Source: Verrucomicrobiia bacterium (GTDB taxonomy: Bacteria > Verrucomicrobiota > Verrucomicrobiia > JABWAM01). Taken from it: a stretch of 64,000 nt of DNA. This document shows, piece after piece, positions 1 through 7,944 of the stretch (its first letter is position 1; each line of letters opens with the position of its first letter). Made by a program: the position numbers and the translations under genes. The stretch is taken from NCBI GenBank assembly GCA_028687435.1, contig JAQUAF010000010.1:9176-73175 (forward strand), read 5' to 3'. Below the pieces are notes generated by a model. That model saw only the letters and a list, made by a program, of their open reading frames with translations. It searched no databases and was not told where the DNA came from.

Positions 1-318
1 CTTGATATAAACTCCGGCGATAACATTCCAATCATGCCAAGTCACCCCATGTTCACCAATAACAACGCCCTCATTTAAATCGACGCGCTTTAAGGCAAAT
101 CCAGCATCTCCAAGGCCTGCTTTTGCAGATTCAATTACCTTGGCAACAGTTGCTCCTCGAAAAGTGGCGTTTTCCCTATAGCTCGACCATCCATTTTTTC
201 CCTCTTTGCCCGCTCCGAAATTCACTTCGCTCGCAGATTTTGGAATCATGGAGGAGGTGGCACAGGATGAAAATGCCAGACAGACACCAATAGACAGCAG
301 CGCCAAAATTATTTTCAT
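1..318 (-). CDS. Partial gene running off the window start, probable lipoprotein (N-terminus MKIILALLSIGVCLAFSSC...)
   Basis: Hand translation of the reverse complement is open and in frame from the ATG (rc of 316-318) to position 1. It has a signal-peptide-like N-terminus with a lipobox-like LAFSSC. It is absent from the ORF track because it is truncated by the window edge. Confidence 0.45.
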   Translation of the reverse strand, partial: MKIILALLSIGVCLAFSSCATSSMIPKSASEVNFGAGKEGKNGWSSYRENATFRGATVAKVIESAKAGLGDAGFALKRVDLNEGVVIGEHGVTWHDWNVIAGVYIK

Positions 319-381
319 TTTTCCATCCAAAACATTTTCACGAAAAAATCAATAAAAATCCACGCCCAATTGAGCGCACCC

Positions 382-705
382 TCAAGTAAAAGCAATTTTC
401 ACGACTATCCACAAAATCAAGGATGCGAAAAAAATCGGAGGATATGATCTCCGTAATCCAAGAATAAAGAACCACAAACATACTCCCGCGCGCTGTGGAA
501 CTGTTGCCCTCCCATAGATTAAATCCCTTTCAAATTCAGTTCTTACAGCCCCCATCTTTTGCAGTGCCGCGCCCTTCCCTATGGGCGTACACGTAACGGC
601 AAAACAGTATATAAAATGTATGCTTAAATATATCGCCAAAAAAACTAAGGACCATCGAACGGAAGAGAAAATGCTGATGCAAGTCAAAGCGATGAGTACC
701 CCCAT
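382..705 (-). CDS. Possible small membrane protein (hydrophobic, ~108 aa from an internal Met); could equally be non-coding AT-rich regulatory DNA
   Basis: The ORF 382..792 has hydrophobic stretches. Its 5' part would overlap the promoter and start of the 786 gene, and the region is unusually AT-rich. Confidence 0.2.
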   Translation of the reverse strand: MGVLIALTCISIFSSVRWSLVFLAIYLSIHFIYCFAVTCTPIGKGAALQKMGAVRTEFERDLIYGRATVPQRAGVCLWFFILGLRRSYPPIFFASLILWIVVKIAFT

Positions 706-747
706 CCCCCCATCCAAAACTTTTTTAAAAAAAGTTGCAAGAAGTTG

Positions 748-776
748 TTGACAGGCTTCTCCTTGTGGTTTAAGGT
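748..776 (+). promoter_or_regulatory. Sigma-70-like promoter TTGACA(748-753)-17 nt-TAAGGT(771-776), 9 nt upstream of the ATG at 786 (near-leaderless)
   Basis: Consensus -35, 17-nt spacer and partial -10 directly upstream of the first RHH gene. Confidence 0.4.
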
Positions 777-785
777 ACCTTCGCA

Positions 786-1028
786 ATGCCAAACCAACCC
801 AAACCAGACAAGGCCCCGCTTTCCTTCTGCGTCCCCATGCACTTGAAGAAGCGCATGGAAAGGCGCGCAGGCCAGCTTGGCCTTAGCGTGTCGTCGTTTG
901 TTGCGATGACCTTGGATGAGGCATTGCAAAACGTGGAGCTTACATCAGATGACCACCGAGAAATTGCCGAAAAAAAAGCTCGCAACATTATGCGTCAACG
1001 TTCCTTTAGAACTTTTAACAAAGCTTGA
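786..1028 (+). CDS. Ribbon-helix-helix (CopG/Arc-like) DNA-binding protein
   Basis: Beta-strand/helix pattern LSFCVPMHLKKRMERRAGQLGLSVSSFVAMTLDEAL is typical of RHH. It follows a promoter and its 3' end overlaps the next RHH frame. Confidence 0.5.
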   Translation: MPNQPKPDKAPLSFCVPMHLKKRMERRAGQLGLSVSSFVAMTLDEALQNVELTSDDHREIAEKKARNIMRQRSFRTFNKA

Positions 1029-1119
1029 AAAGTATTGCGCGACGAACATGCGGACAAAATCGAATGCGATTGCCTTTTTTTTGGACGAAAGGTTAAAGGC
1101 ACCTTTAACCAGAAAGTAG
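949..1119 (+). CDS. Second RHH (CopG/Arc-like) DNA-binding protein in the +1 frame relative to the first; start uncertain (916 or 949)
   Basis: LATLCVNVPLELLTKLEKYCATNMRTKSNAIAFFLDERL is an RHH fold. It overlaps the 3' end of the 786 ORF across an A8 tract (970-977). Confidence 0.45.
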   Translation: MTTEKLPKKKLATLCVNVPLELLTKLEKYCATNMRTKSNAIAFFLDERLKAPLTRK

Positions 1120-1831
1120 CCTTAACCGCCACGTTCTCCAACTCATTCACCCTCGAACTACGCCCCAAAACTCCGATCTCAAATGAGCGGATTTCACCAA
1201 TGCCATATCAAGCATATTCCGTGCCAAGTTGGGGCGAACCAACCAAAGCCAGTGATGAAACATAAGACGCGCCCTTAAGAACGCGAAACGGGAAAATTTT
1301 TCCGGCAAACCTTAACCCGCCCATGAAAACCGCCATCCAATCCGTGCTCCTGTTGTTTATCCTTGTGCTTATCGCTTGGCTCGAATTTCGCGCCTACTTC
1401 CAACGCTTTCCACAGGCGGACGCATGGACATTCATTTTCCAATGATATGATCGCCACCCCCCAAGACTTCCTTTGGCTCACACGCACCACGCTCAACGCC
1501 GCCGTGATTGCCGCCGCGATTCTATTTTTTTGGGCCGGGTGTCGGAGTGAATGCCCGGCGAAACAATTAGACAGCCAAAGCATCGGACGCTCTAGGGGAT
1601 CGGCTCCCAAATCACCGCTCTGCGAGTCAAGGCATGAGGGATCGAGGTATTCAATGGATGCAAACCTGGGGATGGCCGACCAGTCAGGCAGAACATTGCC
1701 TCGCCCTCGCAGTTTTCGAGACGCCAAAGCATGGCAGCGCAACGGCTCGCCTCTCCCCGTGCATCCCATCAGCCATTATCCAGACGGGCGGCTGCGGATC
1801 GGGACGGCAGACGCATGGGGGACGCCGAAAA

Positions 1832-1849
1832 TGTCACCGATCGGTGACA
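1832..1849. promoter_or_regulatory. 18-bp perfect palindrome TGTCACCGATCGGTGACA (operator-like)
   Basis: Direct reading. It is one of three near-identical sites. Confidence 0.6.
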
Positions 1850-1854
1850 AAGAA

Positions 1855-1872
1855 TGTCACCAATTGGTGACA
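1855..1872. promoter_or_regulatory. 18-bp perfect palindrome TGTCACCAATTGGTGACA (operator-like), 5 bp from the previous one
   Basis: Direct reading. An identical copy, with identical AAAA flanks, lies at 8171-8188. Confidence 0.6.
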
Positions 1873-1889
1873 AAATCAAAGGAAACGCC

Positions 1890-2093
1890 ATGACGACAAC
1901 AGAGGCGGGAAAGCTGATCGGCGGCTACAGCAAGTTCACGGTCATCCGGCTCATTGAAGCCGGAAAACTGGAGGCAATCCGCACGAAACCCGGTGGACAT
2001 TATCGGATTACCAATGAAGCCGTCCAAGAGTTCAAGAAGCGATTTACGATAAAATGCACCGCATTTGGAAAGGAAAAGTGCGCGACCAATTAA
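1890..2093 (+). CDS. Excisionase/Xis-family HTH DNA-binding protein (HTH_17-like)
   Basis: TEAGKLIGGYSKFTVIRLIEAGKLEAIRTKPGGHYRITNEAVQEF matches the excisionase-type HTH pattern. An AGGAAA RBS precedes the ATG at 1890. The ORF-track start at 1854 lies inside the palindrome. Confidence 0.55.
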   Translation: MTTTEAGKLIGGYSKFTVIRLIEAGKLEAIRTKPGGHYRITNEAVQEFKKRFTIKCTAFGKEKCATN

Positions 2094-2157
2094 CCAAAAA
2101 CAATCCCCCCGCCGTTCCAGCGGCGAGGGGATTTGAACAACAAACACTAACTAAGTT

Positions 2158-3225
2158 ATGTCTACTCAATCACATGAATTGCAGGTTGTCAAGGGCGGTG
2201 TTGCCGTCCCTCCCGCTCCACAGGCGCAACTCACCGCCCAAGAAGTAATCGCACAGGTTCAACTCATTCAAAAGGTGATGGATGCCGTCATGCAAGAAGG
2301 CGTGCATTACGGCACGATTCCCGGGTGTGGCAAGCGCAAGGTTCTCTATAAAGCTGGTGCCGAAAAACTCAGTATGACTTTTAGGCTGATTCCAGACATA
2401 AAAACGGAAATCTCCGACCATCCGAACGGACACCGGGAATACCGCGTTGTGACCACGTTAAAGCACGCAATAACGAGTGCAACTCTCGGGCAGGGCGTCG
2501 GCTCCTGTTCAACCATGGAGGCAAAATACCGCTACCGAAATCAGGCCGAAAACACAGGGAAACCAGTTCCGCAGATTTATTGGAAAAACAAAAATCCCGA
2601 AATGATCGGAGGGAAGGATTTTGCCGCAAAGAAGGACGAGAATGGCGACTGGATGATTTTCAAGAAGGCCGGGGAAAAAATAGAAAACCCGGATATTGCG
2701 GATATGCACAACACCGCATGGAAGATGGCGGCAAAACGCTCTCTTATTCATGCGACAATTACAGCTACCGCCGCGAGCGATATTTTTGATCAGGATCTTG
2801 AAGAAAACGCTCTTGAAGTTCCACCGGAAACCCCGGTTGAGCATCGGGAATTGCCCCCTGGAACAGAACGGGTAACACCCGCGGCAAAACAACCAGCCCC
2901 GGTTGACACACAGGCTGAGGCTCCATCGGAGGAAGGTCTGCCGCCCACATGGAGAGACGTTCGGGTGCACTGGGGAAAACACGGACCATCAGAGGATCGC
3001 AAAACTCTCGGCAAAAAGTTGGGAGAATTGGACAACAGGACACTCCACTGGTTTTTCTCGAAATGGATGCCGGAGAAAAAGGCAAACAAAAAATATCCTC
3101 CGAAAGAAGAGGACAACATTTTGATGCTCGCGCTTACGGAATGGCGCAAAGAGCAAAACGCGAAAAACGAGCAGGGCGTCCAAGATTCTCCCACTTACGA
3201 AAACCAGACTGCAGGTGCCAAATGA
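2158..3225 (+). CDS. Phage single-strand annealing protein, Bet/RecT-like (tentative)
   Basis: N-terminal GxHYGTIPGCGK..LYKAGAEKL and C-terminal WKMAAKRSLIHATITATAASD resemble the Redbeta/RecT-family signatures. It lies in a phage replication/recombination module. Confidence 0.45.
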   Translation: MSTQSHELQVVKGGVAVPPAPQAQLTAQEVIAQVQLIQKVMDAVMQEGVHYGTIPGCGKRKVLYKAGAEKLSMTFRLIPDIKTEISDHPNGHREYRVVTTLKHAITSATLGQGVGSCSTMEAKYRYRNQAENTGKPVPQIYWKNKNPEMIGGKDFAAKKDENGDWMIFKKAGEKIENPDIADMHNTAWKMAAKRSLIHATITATAASDIFDQDLEENALEVPPETPVEHRELPPGTERVTPAAKQPAPVDTQAEAPSEEGLPPTWRDVRVHWGKHGPSEDRKTLGKKLGELDNRTLHWFFSKWMPEKKANKKYPPKEEDNILMLALTEWRKEQNAKNEQGVQDSPTYENQTAGAK

Positions 3226-3992
3226 ACGAACTGACCACCACAACAAAAATCGGGGAAATCTCCATCGAGGTTTCCAGTGACTTTCTGACTCAAAAACAAC
3301 TCGCGTTGGAAGAGGCGGCAAACATCACGGAGATATCCACGCAGGAAGCTCAGGAGGAAGCTGCCTATTCCATGGCCGTCATCAAGAAGCTGATGAACGG
3401 AATCGAGGCGTCCCGCACAGAAATCAAAAAACCCGTGCTCGACCTCGGAAAACGGATTGACGCGCTTGCAAAAATCGCTGTTGACGAATTGCGCTCGGAA
3501 TCCGGGCGGCTGGCGCGTTTGGTTGCGACATTCGAGGATGAAAAGCGGAAGAAGGCGGCAGAGGAGGCCGCCAAGTTGCGGGCTGAGATTGAGCGTATCG
3601 AAGCGGAGAAGCGCAAGGTGGCAGAGGAGCAGGAGCGGAAGCAGCGGGAGGCGCAAGAGGCGGCATCCAAGGCCAAGAGTGAAGCTGAACGCAGGCGGCT
3701 GGAAGAAGTTGCCGAAAAACTGAAGATCGAGGGCGAGAAGAAAAAATTGGATGCGGCGCAACAACAACTTGCCCTCTCAGCAAAGCCCATCGAGAAAAAA
3801 ACGAAGGGGGTCACTCTTCGCACCGTTCCTCACTTCGAGATACTGAACATCAACGAGCTCCACAAGGCCAAGCCGCTCTATTGCCGCATCGAACCAAATG
3901 CCGAATTAATCAACACGGCCATTCTGCGCGGTGAGATGGATTTTCCAGGGCTTCGGTGTTGGACAACAAAAGAAGCGGGGGTGAGAGCATGA
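3223..3992 (+). CDS. Phage coiled-coil protein (KR/E-rich), probable partner of the annealing protein
   Basis: ATG overlaps the upstream stop (ATGA). It has a long charged heptad-like region. Confidence 0.45.
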
Positions 3993-4159
3993 GAGCCATA
4001 CGAGTCAGAGCGTTGCGGGATTTGGCCGGATACTATTGCGGAGATCCGAAGCAATTACGCCGGGCGACCAACGGTGCAGTCATCGGAGTAAATCCGGCGT
4101 TTAGGAAATACCGGTCGCTGAAGCGCATGGTTAACAGAAGGGAAACAAGGAAATCATGA
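3989..4159 (+). CDS. Small phage hypothetical protein
   Basis: ATGA coupling with the upstream gene; basic 56-aa ORF. Confidence 0.35.
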   Translation: MRAIRVRALRDLAGYYCGDPKQLRRATNGAVIGVNPAFRKYRSLKRMVNRRETRKS

Positions 4160-4410
4160 GCGATCAAAAGCCAGATGGCGGGTTGGCGTTCCCGGTGCAG
4201 GGAATGCAATTACAAGACGGCAGGTGGAGCCGCGATACGGAATTTGGCATGACCCTCCGTGATTATTTCGCGAGCAAGGCGATGCAAGGGGATTTGGCGA
4301 ACAACGAAAATGGCGCATTGTCTCTAACTACAACAGGCGAGCAGTACCTAAACCTCGCGCGGCTCTATTACCGCATGGCCGACGCTATGTTGAAAGCAAG
4401 GGGATTATGA
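4156..4410 (+). CDS. Phage hypothetical protein
   Basis: ORF is translationally coupled to its neighbours (start and stop overlap). Confidence 0.4.
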   Translation: MSDQKPDGGLAFPVQGMQLQDGRWSRDTEFGMTLRDYFASKAMQGDLANNENGALSLTTTGEQYLNLARLYYRMADAMLKARGL

Positions 4411-4586
4411 GCGAAGGCACTTGCGGCATTTGCGATGAGTGGAAGGAAATCGTTGCCAAGGATCTCCTGTGCGAATTCCTTCTCTGCTTGGACTGCCTTC
4501 CACACGCTCTTGCTGCTGATGAGGCATTGGCGAGAGCCGGGATTGCGCCTCCGCTACCAGGTCAAACGAAATGGAGGGGGAAATGA
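4407..4586 (+). CDS. Small zinc-ribbon protein (CxxC...CxxC), 59 aa
   Basis: Hand translation MSEGTCGICDEWKEIVAKDLLCEFLLCLDCLP...; ATGA overlap with the upstream stop. It is below the 60-aa cutoff of the ORF track. Confidence 0.35.
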   Translation: MSEGTCGICDEWKEIVAKDLLCEFLLCLDCLPHALAADEALARAGIAPPLPGQTKWRGK

Positions 4587-4711
4587 CGACCGTTGCAGCC
4601 ATTGTCATTGCCGCGGTTGTTTGGTGCTGGGGTTATCGGCATGGGCGCCGGGATGCTTTGCAGGAGTTTGCCGACAGCCGGGAAATCAGTTGGTTCGGCG
4701 AAGAGATTTAA
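4583..4711 (+). CDS. Putative 42-aa single-TM protein
   Basis: ATGA coupling; hydrophobic MTTVAAIVIAAVVWCWGY... Confidence 0.2.
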   Translation: MTTVAAIVIAAVVWCWGYRHGRRDALQEFADSREISWFGEEI

Positions 4712-4924
4712 ATTTTATGATCATGAAAAATTCAGCCTTAAACATATTTCTTGGCTTGAAACGTTGGATGCAAGCCGATTCTCCGCGTCCGTCTGTCCGG
4801 AAGGTGAAACTTGTTTCGCAACATCGGACAGAGCGCCGCACGCGGCGCCATCAATTGGCCCGTTCCCGACGAATCAACCAACTGCACGGGCAAAAACTGA
4901 CGCATTGAGGCCATTGCTCATTCT

Positions 4925-5344
4925 ATGAGAACCCTGCCCGATAATCCAAGTGCCGCATTGCGGCGGCTCAACCCGTCTGTGTTCGGGACACCAAGCACGC
5001 ACGGGAAAATGGTGCGCCCCGCAATGAGCGTTCAACCGCGCCCTACCACGGACGAAGAGGGGTTGAACAAGACCGAAAGAGGCTGGCTTGAAATGCTGCG
5101 GCGCATGCAGATCGACTGTCTGCGGATTCAGGCAATCAGGTTCAAGTTGGCTGATAACACGCGATACACCCCGGACTTCACCGGCGTCCGACTCGGGCAA
5201 CTGGTGGCCTATGAAGTCAAAGGCTTCATGCGAGACGATGCGGCGGTAAAGTTGAAGGTTGTCGCCCGGCAGTTTACCGAGTGGCATTTTGTACTGGTCA
5301 CAAGGGAGAAAGGGCAATGGGTGCAGGTGGAGGTGAAGCCATGA
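4925..5344 (+). CDS. DUF1064-like phage protein (putative Holliday-junction resolvase/endonuclease)
   Basis: Pattern ...TERGWLEMLRR...RFKLADNTRYTPDFTGV...VAYEVKGF..DAAVKLKVVARQF resembles DUF1064. Confidence 0.45.
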   Translation: MRTLPDNPSAALRRLNPSVFGTPSTHGKMVRPAMSVQPRPTTDEEGLNKTERGWLEMLRRMQIDCLRIQAIRFKLADNTRYTPDFTGVRLGQLVAYEVKGFMRDDAAVKLKVVARQFTEWHFVLVTREKGQWVQVEVKP

Positions 5345-5964
5345 AAAAATACCCGATCCTTTTCAGCGGCGAAATGGTTCGCGCCATCCTCGACGGCTAC
5401 AAGATGCAGACGCGAAGGGTAGTAATGCCCCAACCAAACCACTTCTTGGGGGTTTCTATAAATAGGAAAACCCCTTTTGATGATGATGGAAAAATAATCA
5501 AGTGTCCATACGGCCAGCCGGGCGACAGGCTTTGGATGAGGGAGCGGTGGTGTACGGGAAAACCATTCGACAATATTTCTCCGGGGAGACTTTGGAAGGG
5601 AAACGATTCTGAGCAGCTTGCTGTAAACTACGCCACAGAGCCAGAATGGGTTGAACAGGGAAAATGGCGTCCATCAATCCACATGCCCCGCTGGGCCAGC
5701 CGGATTACGTTGGAGATCATCAAGGTGCGGGTGGAGCGCGTTCAGGAGATCACGGAAGATGACGCGAAAGCGGAGGGGGCCAAGAAAGGGTTGTGGTTGG
5801 AAAACGATATGTTATTGGAGCCAACCGATGAATATGAGGAAGGTAAATCCAGCTACAAACAAGGTTTCGGTTTTCTTTGGGACTCCATCAACGCCAAGCG
5901 TGGCTTTGGATGGGAATCTAATCCGTGGGTGTGGGCGATTGAGTTTAGGAGGGTGACGGCATGA
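5341..5964 (+). CDS. Phage conserved protein, ASCH/PUA-like (ILFSGEMVRAILDGYKMQTRR N-terminal motif)
   Basis: ATGA coupling. N-terminal PILFSGxMVRAILxGxKxQTRR and PSIHMPRWASRITLE motifs are common in prophage ASCH-like proteins. Confidence 0.45.
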   Translation: MKKYPILFSGEMVRAILDGYKMQTRRVVMPQPNHFLGVSINRKTPFDDDGKIIKCPYGQPGDRLWMRERWCTGKPFDNISPGRLWKGNDSEQLAVNYATEPEWVEQGKWRPSIHMPRWASRITLEIIKVRVERVQEITEDDAKAEGAKKGLWLENDMLLEPTDEYEEGKSSYKQGFGFLWDSINAKRGFGWESNPWVWAIEFRRVTA

Positions 5965-6182
5965 CTCAAACACCCGTCATCCCCGAGCAATACTTGCGCC
6001 ACATGTCCGACGAAGACCGCCGGGCATTCGGCAAAGCCGGGCGCACCATGGAGGAAATCAATAATGAGAACGAAGTCAAAAACGAGAAAAATTTACAAAA
6101 TCAAATTGCAGGGCTGCTCCGACTGCGCGGCATCGCTTTTTCGTGGTGCCGGATGGACAAAAAAACAGAGAGGACAGGGTGA
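5961..6182 (+). CDS. Truncated VRR-NUC-like remnant (N-terminal region only)
   Basis: LQNQIAGLLRLRGIAFSWCRMDKK resembles the start of VRR-NUC domains. The ORF stops before the catalytic D..E.K region. Confidence 0.3.
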   Translation: MTQTPVIPEQYLRHMSDEDRRAFGKAGRTMEEINNENEVKNEKNLQNQIAGLLRLRGIAFSWCRMDKKTERTG

Positions 6183-6188
6183 TTTAAA

Positions 6189-7498
6189 ATGCCTGAGAAA
6201 AATCCAACACATTTAGATTTGTTCTCAGGCATCATATCGGCGGATTCGCAATTGCCGCTGCCCGGGCTGGCTTCCGAACCATTGGGTTCAGCGAAATCGA
6301 TCCGTTCTGTTGCGACCTCCTTAAAGCGCGCTTCCCGGGCGTCCCAAATCTCGGCGACATCCGAAAAATCACGGAGGCTGCTATGGCCGACGCCGCGGGC
6401 ATCAGATTCCGATCATGGCGGTCTAAATTCCAGGGGAACGGACGGCAACCCAAATCTCCCCTGCGCCGTCTTAACCTGCTCACTGCTGGCACCCCCTGCC
6501 AGCCCGCAAGTTGCGCCGGGAAGCGCCGGGGCAAGGAAGATGACCGTTGGCTCTGGCACGAATTGTTCCGCGTTATTGCCCTCTTCCGGCCCGATTGGGT
6601 TATTGCTGAGAACGTTACTGGCCTGGCCGGGTTGGTCGAGTTCGAGAGTGCGCTTGAAGTGGACGGCAAAAGGCATTCTCGCGAAGAGATGGCAGCGGGA
6701 TCGGCTGATGTGGGTCGAGTGTGCGAGCGAGTCGGGCGAGGAGTTTTGGATCAAATCCTGGAAGACATCGAGTCGCTCGGATACGATGTCGCCCCGCCGC
6801 TTGTTATTCCGGCTGTCGCCGTCGATGCCCCGCATAGACGGGATCGGGTTTGGATTATTGCCCACTCCAAACACGATGCCCGAGGCGCCGAATGGGGGAT
6901 TGAATCGTGGCCAGGGGAAGCGAAGGGCCCGTCACAAAACGCAATGCCTGTTGGAAGCGGCGAAACTGTGGGGAACTCCCCGCGCATCGGATGGGATGAA
7001 GGGAAAACTGAGAGATCCGGAGGGGATCAGGGATCCGAAGGGACGTCTGGAGGATCAGGTGGCGCTTTGGCCAACTCCGAATGTGCCAAACGGAGGCAGA
7101 ACCATGAAGCCGGAAGACATTCTTGCGAAAGGGAAAACCGCGAAGGGCAAACGGCAGGTGGGCTTGGAGAATCTGGTCAAGTTATTCCCGACACCAACAG
7201 TGCAAGACTCCAAAAACAACGGGGGCCCATCGCAGATGGAGAGGAACACAAGGCCACTGAACGCAGCGGTTGGTGGGAGTTTGAATCCTGCCTGGGTGGA
7301 GTGGCTGATGGGCTATCCAGAAGGCTGGACGGAAATCCCTGTCTCTGGTCACCCGAACCGCCGCATATCCCGCGCGTCGCGCATGGTGTCAAAAACCGCG
7401 TCCCGCGACTCAAGGGCCTCGGCAACTCGGTTGTCCCGTACATCCCGGAAATCATCATGAGGGCGATTTACCAACTGATTATATGGAGGGCGGAGTAA
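6189..7498 (+). pseudogene. Cytosine-5 DNA methyltransferase disrupted by three frameshifts (frame segments 6189-6233, 6239-~6868, ~6855-~7340, ~7340-7498)
   Basis: Motif I is split: LDLFSGI in frame 0, then GGFAIAAARAGF in frame 2. Motif IV TAGTPCQP, motif VI ENVTGL and PHRRDRVWIIAH are in frame 2. Repeated LWPTP/LFPTP/LLPTP target-recognition motifs and NPAWVEWLMGYPEGWT are in frame 0. Motif X RLKGLGNSVVP is in frame 2. Confidence 0.6.
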
Positions 7499-7882
7499 AT
7501 GGCCGGAGACTGGATTAAGATGCGTTGCAATTTGGATACCGACCCTGCGGTTATCCAGATTTCGTCCGGATTAAAGAAGGACAGATATTTTGTTGTTGGT
7601 CGCCTGCACAAGCTGTGGTCTTGGGCGAACGAACATTTGGAGGATGGCCAAAACGTGCCGGTTGATTCCGCTTTTCTGGATTCGCTTGTAGAGTGCCCCG
7701 GATTCGCCGAACAACTTCGCCATGTTCATTGGCTCTCTGGCAGAGACGGTGATCTCTCGTTTCCAAACTTCGAACGTCACAACGGATCATCGGCCAAAAC
7801 AAGAGCCTTGGACGCCTTGCGCAAGCGAACTGAGCGCGAAAGAAAAACGTCCGGCAAACGTCCAGATGAAAACCGGACGTAA
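7499..7882 (+). CDS. Phage replisome-organizer N-terminal-domain-like protein
   Basis: WIKMRCNLDTDPAVIQIS...FVVGRLHKLWSWANEH resembles the phage replisome organizer N-terminal pattern. Confidence 0.35.
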   Translation: MAGDWIKMRCNLDTDPAVIQISSGLKKDRYFVVGRLHKLWSWANEHLEDGQNVPVDSAFLDSLVECPGFAEQLRHVHWLSGRDGDLSFPNFERHNGSSAKTRALDALRKRTERERKTSGKRPDENRT

Positions 7883-7944
7883 TCCGGACTAGAGAAGAGA
7901 AGAGAAGAGTAACTAACTTCCATAAGAAGAAACAAAGGAGAGGC

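Noticed and set aside
1265-1830. ORFs 1363..1893 (+) and 1275..1769 (-) of 164-176 aa in the phage regulatory region
   Set aside because: Both translate to Arg/Ser/Pro/Gly-rich low-complexity sequence. The + ORF runs straight through the operator palindromes. The region more likely is non-coding, such as an immunity region or origin. A 40-aa hydrophobic ORF at 1323-1445 is possible but unsupported.
6383-7498. Treating frame-2 ORF 6383..7498 (371 aa) as an intact methyltransferase starting at its first ATG
   Set aside because: That start lies after motif I and the ORF lacks the FxG half of the SAM-binding motif. The LWPTP target-recognition repeats are in the other frame, so a single-frame model cannot encode a functional enzyme.
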